Shown one piece after another: positions 51,631 to 64,000 of a stretch of DNA of 64,000 nucleotides. A program made the position numbers and the translations under genes. The notes below the pieces were generated by a model. The model was not told the DNA's origin. It did no database searches and saw only the letters and a list, made by a program, of their open reading frames with translations. Positions within the stretch are counted from its first letter, which is position 1; every line of letters begins with the position of its first letter. The DNA is from Octopus vulgaris (Eukaryota), in NCBI GenBank assembly GCA_951406725.2, contig OX597833.1:37820001-37884000 (forward strand). Reading direction: 5' to 3'.

Positions 51631-52957
51631 TCCATTGATCACAGCAGAATTGATATCCTAAAACCACCTTGGTAATGCTTTTCTGTGAGGGTTTCTTCCC
51701 CACCTCCAACTCCAACCTTTCTGCCCCATCAACCATCTCCCCCACACACACACACATTTCATCCCCTTAACACCCATCAATTCTCAATCGCCTGAGAGCA
51801 GAATAGGCACATACTACATCCCTCATCTTTCTCAGTTACCTTTCTTCTCCTGCCTCAAACCATTTCCATTTCCTGTTATCTCCCCCAGCCTACCTTCTCC
51901 ACCAATTTACCTTCTTTCTGCACCTTCCCTCCCTGTGCTATTCCCCATCATAGCTTTATCTGCTATCATCTTCAATGCCCTCACATATCTCTCCTAGGTT
52001 TCTCTCCATCATTTGCTACAGTCACCTCTATCCTGCCCACTCACCCAGTCCAAACCCCTGTATCAGTTCTCCTATTCTTTACACTCCCAAAGTCCTTTGA
52101 GGGCAAGTCCCAACTCATCTTCACTATCATCTCTCCCATTATGGCTCTCTTTATCTTACTCTCTAACTCGCCTTTCTCTTCCAACTGGGGGGTATCCATG
52201 TATCTACTCTACAGCAGGACACCTATTTTTGTCCCTCTATACATTTAACCCTTTCGTTACCAACCCGGCTGAAACTGGCTCTGGCTCTGAATACAAATGT
52301 CTTGTTTTCATAAGTTCTGAATTAAAATCTTCCACCAAACCTTAGTCACAATTTATGTTCCTAACACTAGCTTCATGATAACTAAGTTATTTTACTAAAT
52401 TATTTGTTATATTTAAAGTAATTGAAAGAAACACAGAACATCTCAAAATACAGTAACAAAAGGGTTAATCTCTCAACTGGCACAAAGCCACACCCATTCA
52501 ATACTACTCCTCCATCCCAACTGAGGGCTTAGTGCTGGTGCTACTTAAAAAGCACCTAGATCACTATGTAAAGCGTTTGGTATTAGGAAGGGCATCCAGT
52601 TGCAGAAACCATGCCAAAACACACAATCGAAATTGGAATTGAGAATTTCATTGCCTTGACTCTTATCAAAATAAGGTATACATATTTAACTCCTTTGAAT
52701 GTTGCAGATCTAAGGGAGATAATTAAATGACTTATTTTCTGAACTTGATTGATTCTAGTAATTTATTCTAATGTTGGTCCTATTTCATCACTGTTGTTAC
52801 TTCAAGCCCTTATATATAACGATTCCTTTAATAAGGGTAGGGTTATCTTCCGATTATAATGTGCTGTAGTCTAAAAATTGGCTTTATATTTCATTACTGA
52901 TTTATTTTATCAAATCCAGAACAATGAAAGGCACATTAAGGTACACTGAACATACAC

Positions 52958-53612
52958 CATCATCATCGTCATCGTTTAATGTCCGCTTTCCATGCTGGCA
53001 TGAGTTGGACGGTTTGACTGAGGGCTGGTGTGCCAGAAGGCTGCATCAGGCTCCAATCTGATCTGGCAAAGTTTCTACAGCTGGATGCCCTTCCTAATGC
53101 CAACCACTCCGAGAGTGTAGTGGGTGCTTTAACGTGCTACCAACACGAAGGCCAGTCAGGCGGTACTGGCATCAACCACGCTCAAATGGTGCTTTTTACA
53201 TGCCACCTGCACAGGAGCCAATCAGGTGATGCTGGCAACGACCACACTCAAATGGTGCTTTTTACATGCCACCTGTACAGGAGCCAATCAAGCGACGCTT
53301 GCAACGATCACACTCAAATGGGGCTTTTTACGTGCCACCAGCACAGGAGCCAGTCAGATGGCACTGGTAACAATTACACTCGAATGGTGCTTTTAACATT
53401 CCACCGGCACAGGTGCCAGTCAGGCAGTACTGTCATCAGCCATGACAACGATTTCACTTGCCTCAACAGGTCTTCAAAAGTGGAGAATATTGCCCAATGT
53501 TTGAAGGGTACTCTTAAATAGGCTGGTTATGCAGCGCTGGCATAGGCCACTGTTACAGTCTCACTTGGCTTGCCGGGTCTTCTCAAGCACAGCACATCTC
53601 CAAAGGTCTCGG
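52958..53612 (-). mobile_element. RTE LINE 3' end: ORF2 C-terminus plus repeat-rich 3' UTR (family B)
   Basis: RDLWRCAVLEKTRQAK* followed by ~54-bp tandem units (gtggca(c/t)gtaaaaagcacc) and a (gat)n-like tail. Confidence 0.75.
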
Positions 53613-54816
53613 TTACATTGTTTCATATTATAAATAGGAAAATATGCAGCGCAATAAAGGACGAAATGGTTGTGGTCATGAATTCATCACCAAACCTTCA
53701 GCAAGAGTGGAGACATTGGGTTGTGTGTGTGTGTGTGTCAGTGAGGGACAGAGAGAGTGTGTTTGAAACCACAGTATGGTTAGTTAAAGGCTACTCTTTT
53801 GTGTTCCTTTCCCCCTTTGTCTATGTAAACTCTAGCCATATGGCATTCGACATTCTTTGTGTCGCATTTTGTTCTTTCAAAAGATCGTTTCTCTTTTTTC
53901 TTTACCACCTGTCAGAGTTCCAATTGAGAAAGGATATTAGATTTTGTTAAATTTCTTCCAACCTCTTCAAATTTTTAAAAATTCCTATCAGATTATTTTC
54001 AAAAAAATTTTGTTTTATTGTACTTTTGCATACTGATGATGAAAACTGCATTCATTTTTTTGCAGAGTTTCAGATTAGGATGTTCATACAAGTTGGATTT
54101 TCTCTAATTTGACAGGGATTTTTCCAATTTTTTTTCACTTCAGTTGGAAATAAAAAAAATTTTTGAAAATTGATGATTTTTTTCTACTCTTCCAAGAAGG
54201 ACAAGCACTGCAATGTCCCAGTAGAAGATTTTGTTATTGTTTAGATCCACATTGACCCCAGATGATTAGAATCAAGATCATAGCATTCCAACGATGACAA
54301 TTTGTTTCATTCTTTTTTACTTCAGTGGACAGTGCGCCCTTTTCTAAAGATGGTAAAGTGTAATTTAATGGTGCATTTAGTTGAAAATGGTAAACAAGGT
54401 GGTCTGTGGTCTGTGCATGGACAGTCCGTGTTGAATGCCAGAGCCAAGAACAGATATGGTGGACATTGAAGTGACAGCAAATGATGACTTTAGAGAATGA
54501 CAAATGAGAGAAGCCTCTATGTGGTCACTCAACTTATCTTGTGGTTACTTTGTGATCTCACCAGTGCTGGTGCCACATAAAAATCAACTGATAATTGGCA
54601 TTATGAAGAGCATCCAGCTATAAAGACCATTCCAAATCAGACATAGAACCTAGTGGAACCCGCTGACTCGTCTGCTCTTGTCAAAGTTATGATGACGATA
54701 ACTGAAAATATAAATTGTGGAACAAGTGGCCAAGAAGGCCCAGACACCATCACTGCTGCTGCTGCTACTACTACTACTACTACTACTAATGCTAGTGATG
54801 GTGGTCATCGTCATGC

Positions 54817-54848
<32 letters not shown>

Positions 54849-55368
54849 AAACAGCAACAGTATGATAACTAGATATAAAAAGCTGAAGCAAAAGAAGGAC
54901 AAAACAACACTTTGCTACTTGATTTATTTTTATTTTTAACCTGCATTACGATTATCATTATTATCATTATTATTATTTCTTCTTCTTAATATTATTATCA
55001 TTAACCAACAGTTTAACAAATTTTGGGAGAGTCAACAAAACAACTGCAATGCTATGTGTCAAACAATTGTTTCAAATTTTGGCACAAGGCCAGATATAAT
55101 AAGGGGAGGGTGTAATCGATTACATTGAGATCAGTACCTAACTGGTACTTTATATTACTGACCCCAAAAGGATGAAAGGCAAAGATGACCTTGGTGGAAT
55201 TTGAACTCAGAATATAGACAGCTGAAAAAAATTGCTGCTAAGCATTTTCTCCAACATAAAAATAATTCTGCCAGTTTGCCATCTTGTATGCATCAAAGAA
55301 TATATATATATATATATATATATATAAACAGTTCATGCGTATGTGGTTATATATATGTATGTATGGTG

Positions 55369-55414
<46 letters not shown>

Positions 55415-55828
55415 TGTATGTATATACACACGCACACACCTATCTCACACATACACACTCACACATATAATGTATGTATGTATGTATGTACATATATATG
55501 TGTGTGTGTTACTTATATATATATATATATTATATATGTATGTATAGGTTATAGAAAGACTTCGCATACACAACTAAATTCATAAATGTGTTAACCTAAT
55601 GCACATATATATGCATGTGTGCATATATGTATATATCTATACACACACACACACTCATTCACATAAGTATACATATACATAACACAGATACACAGACACA
55701 CATATGCATATATATATATATATATAATCATTACATATCTCTACTTTAATGTTATTAAACAATAGCAACAGAAATAATTTTTAGGGGAATGAGGAAGGGG
55801 TTGTTTATATGTGTTTTTTTAATATCTT

Positions 55829-56008
55829 CTACTCATTTGAGTTGCTCTCTGGGATACCAGCTTGCAGTCCACGACAGATATACTGCAACTCTTCCACCAG
55901 CGTCTCATAGCGGTACGCCACTCGAATGTCTGGAACATTGGTACGACTCACATCATTCCCTGGAACTCCTTCACGTGTGTAATTAGGGCCTAACCAATGC
56001 TGTTTAAC
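55829..56008 (-). CDS. AMPD2: AMP deaminase last coding exon ([14 protein letters not shown]...[19 protein letters not shown]...NE*)
   Basis: atgcag acceptor, TAG stop; near-identical to the AMPD2 C-terminal motif [28 protein letters not shown]. Confidence 0.95.
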   Translation of the reverse strand, partial: VKQHWLGPNYTREGVPGNDVSRTNVPDIRVAYRYETLVEELQYICRGLQAGIPESNSNE

Positions 56009-58094
56009 CTGCATCAAATACAAAGATCACATTAACTTACAGTGAGGACAGAAGGGAGAGGCGGACATAAACCAAAACACCCAAAACATAAAAAGAAAAC
56101 GACTAAAAGTGTAGTTGAGTGCTAATGCACATGACATGTATGTGTGTTTAACCCTTTAGTGTTCAGATTACTCTGTTAAATGTAATACTTTTTCACTCAA
56201 ATTGTTTTGAATTAATCTGGCATTATCTTAGAGCTTTGAGGTTTCAATGATGTGATTGTTTAGTTTTAGAATGTCAATGTACGTTAGGTGTGAGAGTTTG
56301 AATATAAAACATGTAGAATATCTGGGCCAGATATGGCCAGTTTAAACACTAAAGTGCTAACCCTTTACCATTCAAATTATTTTGTCAAAAGTAATGCTTA
56401 TTTAGTCACAGTGTTTTAGATTAATCATACATTACCTCATAGCTTTGAGATTTCGATAAGGCAACTGTTAAATTTTGGAATGATATTGTAGGGTTGGTGT
56501 GGGGGCTAGATTATAAACAGGTGAAATTATTTTAACTGAATATGGCAGGTTTGAATGCTAGTGTTAAATGGATGATGATGATGGTGTTATGTTGAAAAGG
56601 TTGGACATGTTAATTGCTATTTTCAATGCTCAAAAAGCCTCCTACTCCCTTTATAAACTTTCTAGTTTGTGGATCTTGAGGTGGACTGAACTAATTAGTT
56701 CTATGCATTAACTCTTTAATTCTGCCTGCTCTGAACTAGTTTCTAAACTCTGTGTGAGATGTGTGTGTGTGTGAGTAGGTGTGTCTATCTGTCTGTTTAA
56801 CCTTATAATTGTGTATGCATATGGATATGTACTTTTGACAAGGATAGCTGGTCCCTGCGTTGCATCCATGTTGGGAAGGCCCTCTTTCTTGCATGCATTC
56901 TCTACATTTAATAGCTTTTTGCAGTAGCACTTACATACCTCTAGAATCACTAAGTGTAATTGTACCATTCTCTGATACACTGCTTTGCAATCCAGAATAC
57001 CTCAATCCTCTGATCCTGCATTAAGGAAGCACTGGAGTTTTGAAAAATTGTAACATTATGTGGAATTCCCCAAAGCGAAATATATTTCCCACTGACTTTC
57101 ATTTTTCATTGATTTCCTGGTAATATGGAAATCAATGGGGAAAAGAGGTTCGCATACAGGATGATACCATACGGCAAGATTTTCAGGAAAGCAGTATTTC
57201 CATAACATGGGGGATGCCCGTATTATTTCAATCTTCCTCTTCTTTCTTATTTGTTCTGTTGGTATTTCTGATGACCAACAAAACTGATCCTTGCAACAAG
57301 CAGCCACACAAGCAACTCTTAATAGATGGAGGCAAAACTGATTGGAATAAGTGGATTTTTCCTTTGTGTCATTTGCCCTCTTTGTTTTTGCAATGTTCTT
57401 GTTCAAATAGTTTTGCTGCAATTAAGACAGTCTGATGCTAGAGTTTGCAATAAGCTGCTTGTTCTTCCCAGATTTTCAGATTGATATTGGTCTTCTTATC
57501 ATATTTGAGGTGATCTTTATAACATTATGTGAATATCATTAAGAGAACAACAGTGATGGATATGCATTACAATATGTAATGAGAGTATGATGTAATATGG
57601 AGTACAATAGAAATAACACTGATGAATCATTGTAAGGTGCAAATATGATGTACTTAGTATCACACATTGAAATGTTTGAGACAGTAACATTATAGAGGGG
57701 AATCTTACTGAGATATCATTGTTAGTAAAAGTACAAGTTATAGTATCATATAAGGGAATGTCTCTGACATATCAATGTAGGTAACAATACAAAGTACCAC
57801 ACATGAACAGTATGTGAATTCAAGCTTTTGAGTATTACAGATTGGAATACTATTGATATGTCATTGTTAGCAAGACTATAGGGTATTTGATATTAGAAAT
57901 TAAAAAGGCTACTGATATTTCAGTGTTTGGAGCACAAGGGATCTTATTCAGAATGTCAGAGTACAAGGTATCTTATTCAGAATATCATACATACTCATAT
58001 ATCTTTTTTTGTGTAACAACTAGAGAAATAGTATCATCATATATGGGAATATCTCATACACATACATACAATGTTATATCAATGGTAAACAAAC

Positions 58095-58205
58095 CTCATG
58101 AGGGAATCCACTCTGTAGAACACTGTTGCGGGCAATCTCACACATATCACAAGTGCTTAACTTCCACACCTGGGCGGCAATACTGTACTCTTCCATCAGA
58201 GGTTC
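58095..58205 (-). CDS. AMPD2: AMP deaminase exon ([37 protein letters not shown])
   Basis: ttgcag acceptor, GAG|gtttgt donor, 111 nt phase 0/0; conserved AMPD sequence. Confidence 0.95.
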
Positions 58206-58612
58206 CTGCAAGTAAAATTAAAAGAAGGGATCAAGTTATGATAAGATTAGAGTCTCACTAGCTGAAGTTTTGACTCTTTAGCTTCCAGCAATCTTTATGA
58301 AGGGTGAATTTAATACAACTGAAGGGTCCTCGAATGGTTTTAGTGAAGTTCAATTTCTTTCTCACATTCAAACCATTCTTTCCCCTCCTACTATTGTTCT
58401 TGCAGCTATTGACCTGATGATATTCAATCTGAGAGCGACTATCCTCAGCCAGTTATATTATATTCGTTTTGGAAGTCACTTGACCCTGTTATCTCCCCTA
58501 CTGTCCTTCTCGTGTCTGACCACTGTCTGAAGTCAGGACGCCATGAGAGATCGTTAGCTCCTACACGCATTTTTTTCTCTCCTTTTTTCTCTCCTTGTTT
58601 TTTTTCTGTGTA

Positions 58613-58650
58613 TCTTTCTGTTGAAGAGCGTAGACTCGAAACGTAAAAGA
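58613..58650 (+). ncRNA. Minimal hammerhead-ribozyme-like motif in a Penelope-like pseudo-LTR remnant (~58535-58745)
   Basis: TCTTT-CTGTTGA-A-GAG(cgtaga)CTC-GAAA-CG-TA-AAAGA: stem I, stem II and palindromic ACGT stem III; core deviates from CUGANGA. Confidence 0.45.
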
Positions 58651-58913
58651 CTTTTTCTATTTCTATTCCTGAGCGCTATAGTAATACATTTGTTTGTTTG
58701 TACTCCACCTGCCTTCGTCTTTTGTTTATTTTCGTAAACCTTCCCTTTATTTTATGACTCAGTGAGTAATAAGTTCAGTTGCTTGGAAAAGTGGAATACT
58801 CACTAACAAGACTGGTGAGAGTTACATTAACATATGAGTAGCGAGGAGAGAGACAGACAGACAGACAAACAAACAGAGTACTAGTGGGCAGATAAACAGG
58901 TGCTGTTCATTCA

Positions 58914-59135
<222 letters not shown>

Positions 59136-59765
59136 CTAGTGAGAAACAAATAATAATAAGATTCAGTGTCCAAACATCTTGAACTCATGAAACAAACTGC
59201 AAAAATGTTAATCCTTGTTTTGTTTATTTGCTTGTTTTTTTTTTTATTTGAAAAAGGAATGATGCCATTAATTAACAAATACTGGTTGTTGTTTCCAAAT
59301 TTTTGGATGGCAGTATTGACTTTAAGTTGAAGAGTTAATAATTCTTGTTAATAATTCTTGATGCTTAACCCTTTTGTTAGCATATTTCTATTGAAATACA
59401 CCCTCTTTATTTCAATTAATTTTGAAAATAATAAAGAATTTACTAAAACATCTTGATAATTGAAACATAAATTAACATGGAAATTTAATTTCGACCATTT
59501 TATATAGAAAGTTTATATCAATGAATCATGGTTAAACTAAGTGAATAAAATGACAAAATAAAAAGTTAGGATGAGTTCTAAAGATTCTTCACATTTTAAT
59601 AACAGTATTGTTCCCATACAGTTTCTTTCTTTCAAATTTCACTCACAAGAGCAAGTGTTTACTACGAAATCCTCAGCTTGAAGTTATCATCAAAGACACC
59701 CACCCAGAAATCTATACAGTGGAATGGAACCTGCCCAGCAACTTTCATAACAAGCATCCATAGAC

Positions 59766-60130
59766 ACAGGCATGGCTGTATGGTAAGAAGCTTGCTTCCC
59801 AAGCACATGGTTCTGGGTTCAGTCCCACTGCATGGCACCTTGGGAAAGTGTCTTCTACTATAGCCTTGGGCTGACCAAAGCCTTATGAAGGGATTTGGTA
59901 GACAGAAACTGAAAGAAGCCCGTATGTGTATCTCTGTGTTTGTCCCCCACCTCTGCTTGATAACTGGTTGTTAGTGTGTTTACATCCCCATAACTTAGCA
60001 GTTCAGCAAAAGAATAAGTACCAGGCCTAAAAAAATTTTTTTAAAGTACTGGGGTTGATTCATTTGACTAATGATTTTTCAAGGCAGTGCCCTAGCATGG
60101 CCGCGGTCTAATGACTGAAACAAGTAAAAC
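59766..60130 (+). mobile_element. SINE family A copy
   Basis: Family motifs. Confidence 0.8.
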
Positions 60131-60366
60131 AAAACATAATACCAGTACTTATATACAACCAGTTTGGAGGTTCACTTCCACTGCATGGCACTTGCAGTGA
60201 GTGTCTTCAATATTGGTAACCACAGGCTGGCCTGTGCCTTGTGCATAGAATCAAATAAACACAAACTGTACAAAAGCACTAATGTTATTCAAATGTGAAA
60301 ACTTCTTAGAGTTCATCCAAGCTTTCAATTTTGTCATATCATCATCAACATTTAATGTCTGTTTAC

Positions 60367-60487
60367 CTTTCTGAGGACCAGTCCATGAGCAATACTTTCA
60401 CTGAGCATATAACCAGCCACCAAGTGAGTCACATTGCCAGCTTCTCCACAATGTGGCCGAAGAACAAATGTATTGAAACCACGTTCT
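60367..60487 (-). CDS. AMPD2: AMP deaminase exon ([41 protein letters not shown])
   Basis: tttcag acceptor, AAG|gtaaac donor, 121 nt phase 2->0; catalytic RPHCGEAG motif. Confidence 0.97.
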
Positions 60488-61634
60488 CTGAAACAACAAA
60501 AATGGATGGAAATATACTATATGTAATAGATGTATCCAATGTTTTATGTTAGTGTAGGTTAAACAGATCTGCAAATTCAGATACATATAAGGAATTCATA
60601 TGTGTGTGGTATTTAGGTGGGGTGTGAGTGAGTACCAGACACTCCTAGGTGAAAATCAAGAAATATATGAAGAGAAGGGATGAAATCAGATCTCAGGATG
60701 TTTGTTTTCCTATACAGTAGCAGCTATCTTATCCAGAAATCCAGGAATATCATGCGATATACTGTACCCTGTATTAAGTAAACAGACCCTGTTTTTGAAT
60801 TAGTTAATTTGCATATGGTTTGTTAAAAATAGTTTTGTTCTTCACTTTTTTAAAGTGAATTGATAAAGACTAAACATACTCTGCTTTAGAAATGTCTTAA
60901 TTTGTGCCTGTATCTGTTAAATAAAAAAATATGTTCTTTACTTTTCTTCATTTAAATTTCACTTTATAAACACTACATGATACAATATAATATATTTTTA
61001 GAATTTTGAGTCGATTAATAAATATCAAACAGACTCTACTTTAGAAGCATCTTTATTTGAATTTGTTAAATACAATTAGCTTTTTACTTTTCAAAGTTTA
61101 TTTTATATTATATGTGCATATTTAGGCTGAAAACTGGAAAATCCAGAACATTTCCAGTCCCAAGCTTCCCGTATAATTAGTTCAGTACTGTATAATTCTA
61201 TCTGTCTGTCTATATATATAAAATCTGATGCAGGACTGAGATTGTACAACAAATATATCTAACTCATGCCAGCATGGAAAACAATTTATATGTAGACTAT
61301 GATATATAATAGGTAAGAATATCTCGAAAGGTATATAAGAGATACAGACAAATGAGTGCTCAGACTGGATCATATAGCTAAAATCCAGCATTAAACCATG
61401 AGAATCAGAAACCAGAGTTGGCTGCAGAAAATGTGGCACCAAAGCATTTATACATTGGTTACACAGAAATGAATATAAAGATGACAATGAGAAGAAGGAG
61501 GCGGTAGCTATCTTACAGTGTATGGAGGTAAGTGATGTGCCTTCCTTTAGAATTACACATACAAAGATGAGGAAATGTGGCACATGGCCTGCAAAGGTTT
61601 TCTGTAAGAAGCTTTGGAAATAAGAAGTTTATGT

Positions 61635-62105
61635 TTCGATGACTGGCATCCGTGCTAGTGGAGCACTAAGAGTACTATATGAATGTGATCGTTGCCAGAG
61701 CAACAAGCTGGCCTCTGTGCCGGTGGCACGTAAAAAGCACCATTCGAGTGTGATCATTACTTGCATCACCTTACTGGCACTAGTGCTGGTGCCATGTGAA
61801 AAAACATTTGAGCAAGGTCGTTGTCAGTGCTGCTGGACTGGCTCCTGTGCAGGTGGCACATAAAAAGCACCATCTGAGTGTGGCCATTGCCAGTACCGCC
61901 TGACTGGCTCTCGTGCCGGTGGCACGTAAAAGCACCCACTACACTCTCAGAGTGGTTGGCGTTAGGAAGGGCATTCCAGCTGTAGAAACTCTGCCAGATC
62001 ATATTGGAGTCTGGTGCAGCCATCTGGTTCGCTAGACCTCAGTGAAATCATCCAACCCATGCTAGCATGGAAAGCGGACGTTAAACAATGATGATGATGA
62101 TGATG
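61635..62105 (+). mobile_element. Family B (RTE 3' UTR) copy
   Basis: Tandem gtggcacgtaaaaagcacc units, ggcgttaggaagggcat motif, (gat)n tail. Confidence 0.8.
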
Positions 62106-62412
62106 AGAAGGGAGTGTTTGGCAGCAGCCACATATTAGGCAGTGAAATGTTGTTGTTATTGGAAAGAAAACTTAGTTTTGCTGTATTTATATTTTTACTA
62201 GTTAGATTGAGAAGGAAGGGCAATAGCCATGGCCTTCATCAACTTTAATAGACTGAAGGGATAGGAGGGATACAGATAATCAACAATTAATTTGAAAATA
62301 GTGGCTGGAGAAAAAAAATTCTGTGAGGTCACAGATTTATCACAAAGACTTAATCTTAATTCAGAAATGCTTGTCTTCAACACCACAAACAACAACAACA
62401 ACAAGAATAATA

Positions 62413-62625
62413 ATCCTTTCTACTAAAGGCACAAGGCCTGAAATTTGTAGGGGGTGTAGGACTATTCGATTACATCGACCCCAGTGTTTCACTGGTACTT
62501 AATTTATTGACCCCAAAAGGTTGAAAGGCAAAGTCAACCTTGGCAGAATTTGAACTCAGAATGTAGCGATGGCTGAAATACCACTAAGCATTTCGTCCAG
62601 CATGCTAACAATACTGCCAGCTTGC
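62413..62625 (-). mobile_element. SINE family C copy
   Basis: Family motifs in reverse orientation; followed by (aat)n(agt)n. Confidence 0.75.
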
Positions 62626-62654
62626 TGCAATAATAATAATAATAATAATAATAA

Positions 62655-62707
<53 letters not shown>

Positions 62708-62724
62708 ACAATGATAAAGCTCAC

Positions 62725-62888
62725 CTGCGGAATTGATTGAGGACGGTCATGTTAGCAAACATATAGTACAAATAGTAATTGTATGGTGGGTTCTCATCAT
62801 TGGTCCAGTTGCGTGGAAAGGGACTGTCAGCATCAAATACCACATGCTCAGATTTCGATTCATCGTCCACAGAATCAAAACCTGAAAC
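62725..62888 (-). CDS. AMPD2: AMP deaminase exon ([15 protein letters not shown]...[23 protein letters not shown]); upstream exons lie beyond window end
   Basis: ttttatag acceptor, AG|gtgagc donor, 164 nt phase 0->2; conserved [10 protein letters not shown] and NPPY.YY.YY motifs. Confidence 0.97.
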
Positions 62889-64000
62889 CTATAAAAGAAA
62901 AGTCAAGAATCATATAACAAGAAACATCAGAGTTCAAGAAATTTTTAAAAACTTATGAAGGATTCCTACAGACTCCATTTTGCAGAGAGGGTGGTGAGGG
63001 AGGGGAGGGAGGGAGAGGGAGGGGTGTCCTTTGTTGCCAATACAGAGAGTAACTCACTCAACTTCCTCCTTTATTATTTCTTTTCCATCAACCCCACCAC
63101 CACCACATTTATAAAGAAAATAAGAGTTTACAACAGGCAGCATAAATCAAAAATGCTCAAGCATGGCCATATCCAAATGGTTCAAAACTAATCAAAGCAC
63201 TAATCATCATCATCATCATCATCACCATCAACGTCGTCATCACTGCTGTTGCTATCATCATTACTTTTGTAAGCCTGTTTCTCTATGAATAGTACAGGTC
63301 TTCAGCACGGCAACTCACCACATTTTGTGATCTTTGTTGTCTCTATGTGGTTCTTGACTACTTCTTCCCATGCCTTCTTCAGGGTTTCTCTTCCACAGGT
63401 TCCTCCCACTTGGATCACTCAAAACCCCTTTACCCAACTATCATCCTTCATATGCATAACATGCCTGCACCAGTATTATTTTCTTTCCAGATAGGTGCGG
63501 CAAACAGCCTGGAGAGTAGTGATGGAAGGGGACAGCAGAAAGGCTTGAGTTGGAAGTCAGGAGGATCCAGTAGAAGGGTATGAAATATATGTTTATTTAC
63601 CTTTAGTTATCTATAAGGGTGGCAGAATAAGAAGATGGGAGGGCATAGCAAAAAGGTGTGGTAGTATGGCACAGAGGGTGGGAGCACATTTAATAAATAC
63701 GGTTGTTTTTACTAGCCTTCCTCAATTCTGTATCTCTTAGCATCTCACATCTACGAAATCCCATGTCCACAGGTTTCACACACAAAAAAAGCAAAAATCT
63801 CAATAACAGAAGTACATAATACTATATTCTTTTAACACTGTAAACTGAAGGTTAAAAATATTAATTTAGTATTTTTCTTCCTTTCTAGTTTTAAGAAAGA
63901 AAGAATGAACGAATGAATGAAAGTAGACAGACAGACAGATACATTGTGTGCATGTATGAGTGATCAGAATACTAACACTGAGAGACAGCTCTTGTGGCCA

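Noticed and set aside
54320-55860. Alternative AMPD2 terminal exon via G|gtatcc donor and acceptor near 54412
   Set aside because: Weak sites and no homology support; cannot be supported from sequence alone
56708-57435. 121-aa and 90-aa ORFs in the last AMPD2 intron as a nested gene or extra exon
   Set aside because: No recognisable motif; the flanking AMPD exons join in frame and match the conserved sequence without it

Overview
AT-rich, repeat-dense eukaryotic genomic DNA, very probably Octopus; this is inferred from the SINE, RTE and microsatellite families, not from a database search. Two spliced protein-coding genes lie head-to-tail on the minus strand. The first is the 3' end of AMP deaminase (AMPD2-like; five exons, 62888->55829, with RPHCGEAG and SVSTDDP motifs). 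The second is the 5' part of the ciliary distal-appendage gene CEP164 (ATG at 22389; seven coding exons down to 446, including the WW domain). CEP164 probably has a non-coding first exon near 28.7 kb and an RFX X-box at 30143. Most ORF-track entries are spurious reads through repeats. The rest of the window is SINEs, RTE/CR1 LINE remnants, mariner/maT/piggyBac/hAT/Helitron/Chapaev-type DNA-transposon relics, solo LTRs and microsatellites. The most unusual region is 37.36-42.29 kb, where one ~0.4 kb SINE has been split by nested insertions. These are an ORF1-only (no reverse transcriptase) L1/Tx1-like retroelement with a 15-bp TSD, a 9-bp-TSD Mutator-like element that itself carries a CR1-type LINE, and a ~750-bp spacer-less palindromic foldback element. 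Other points of note are a mariner MITE whose TIR carries a perfect X-box inside CEP164, a hammerhead-like motif in an AMPD2 intron, and inverted repeat pairs that could form dsRNA. There is no CRISPR, rRNA or genuine tRNA gene. All calls were made by eye, and repeat boundaries are approximate unless a TSD is quoted.
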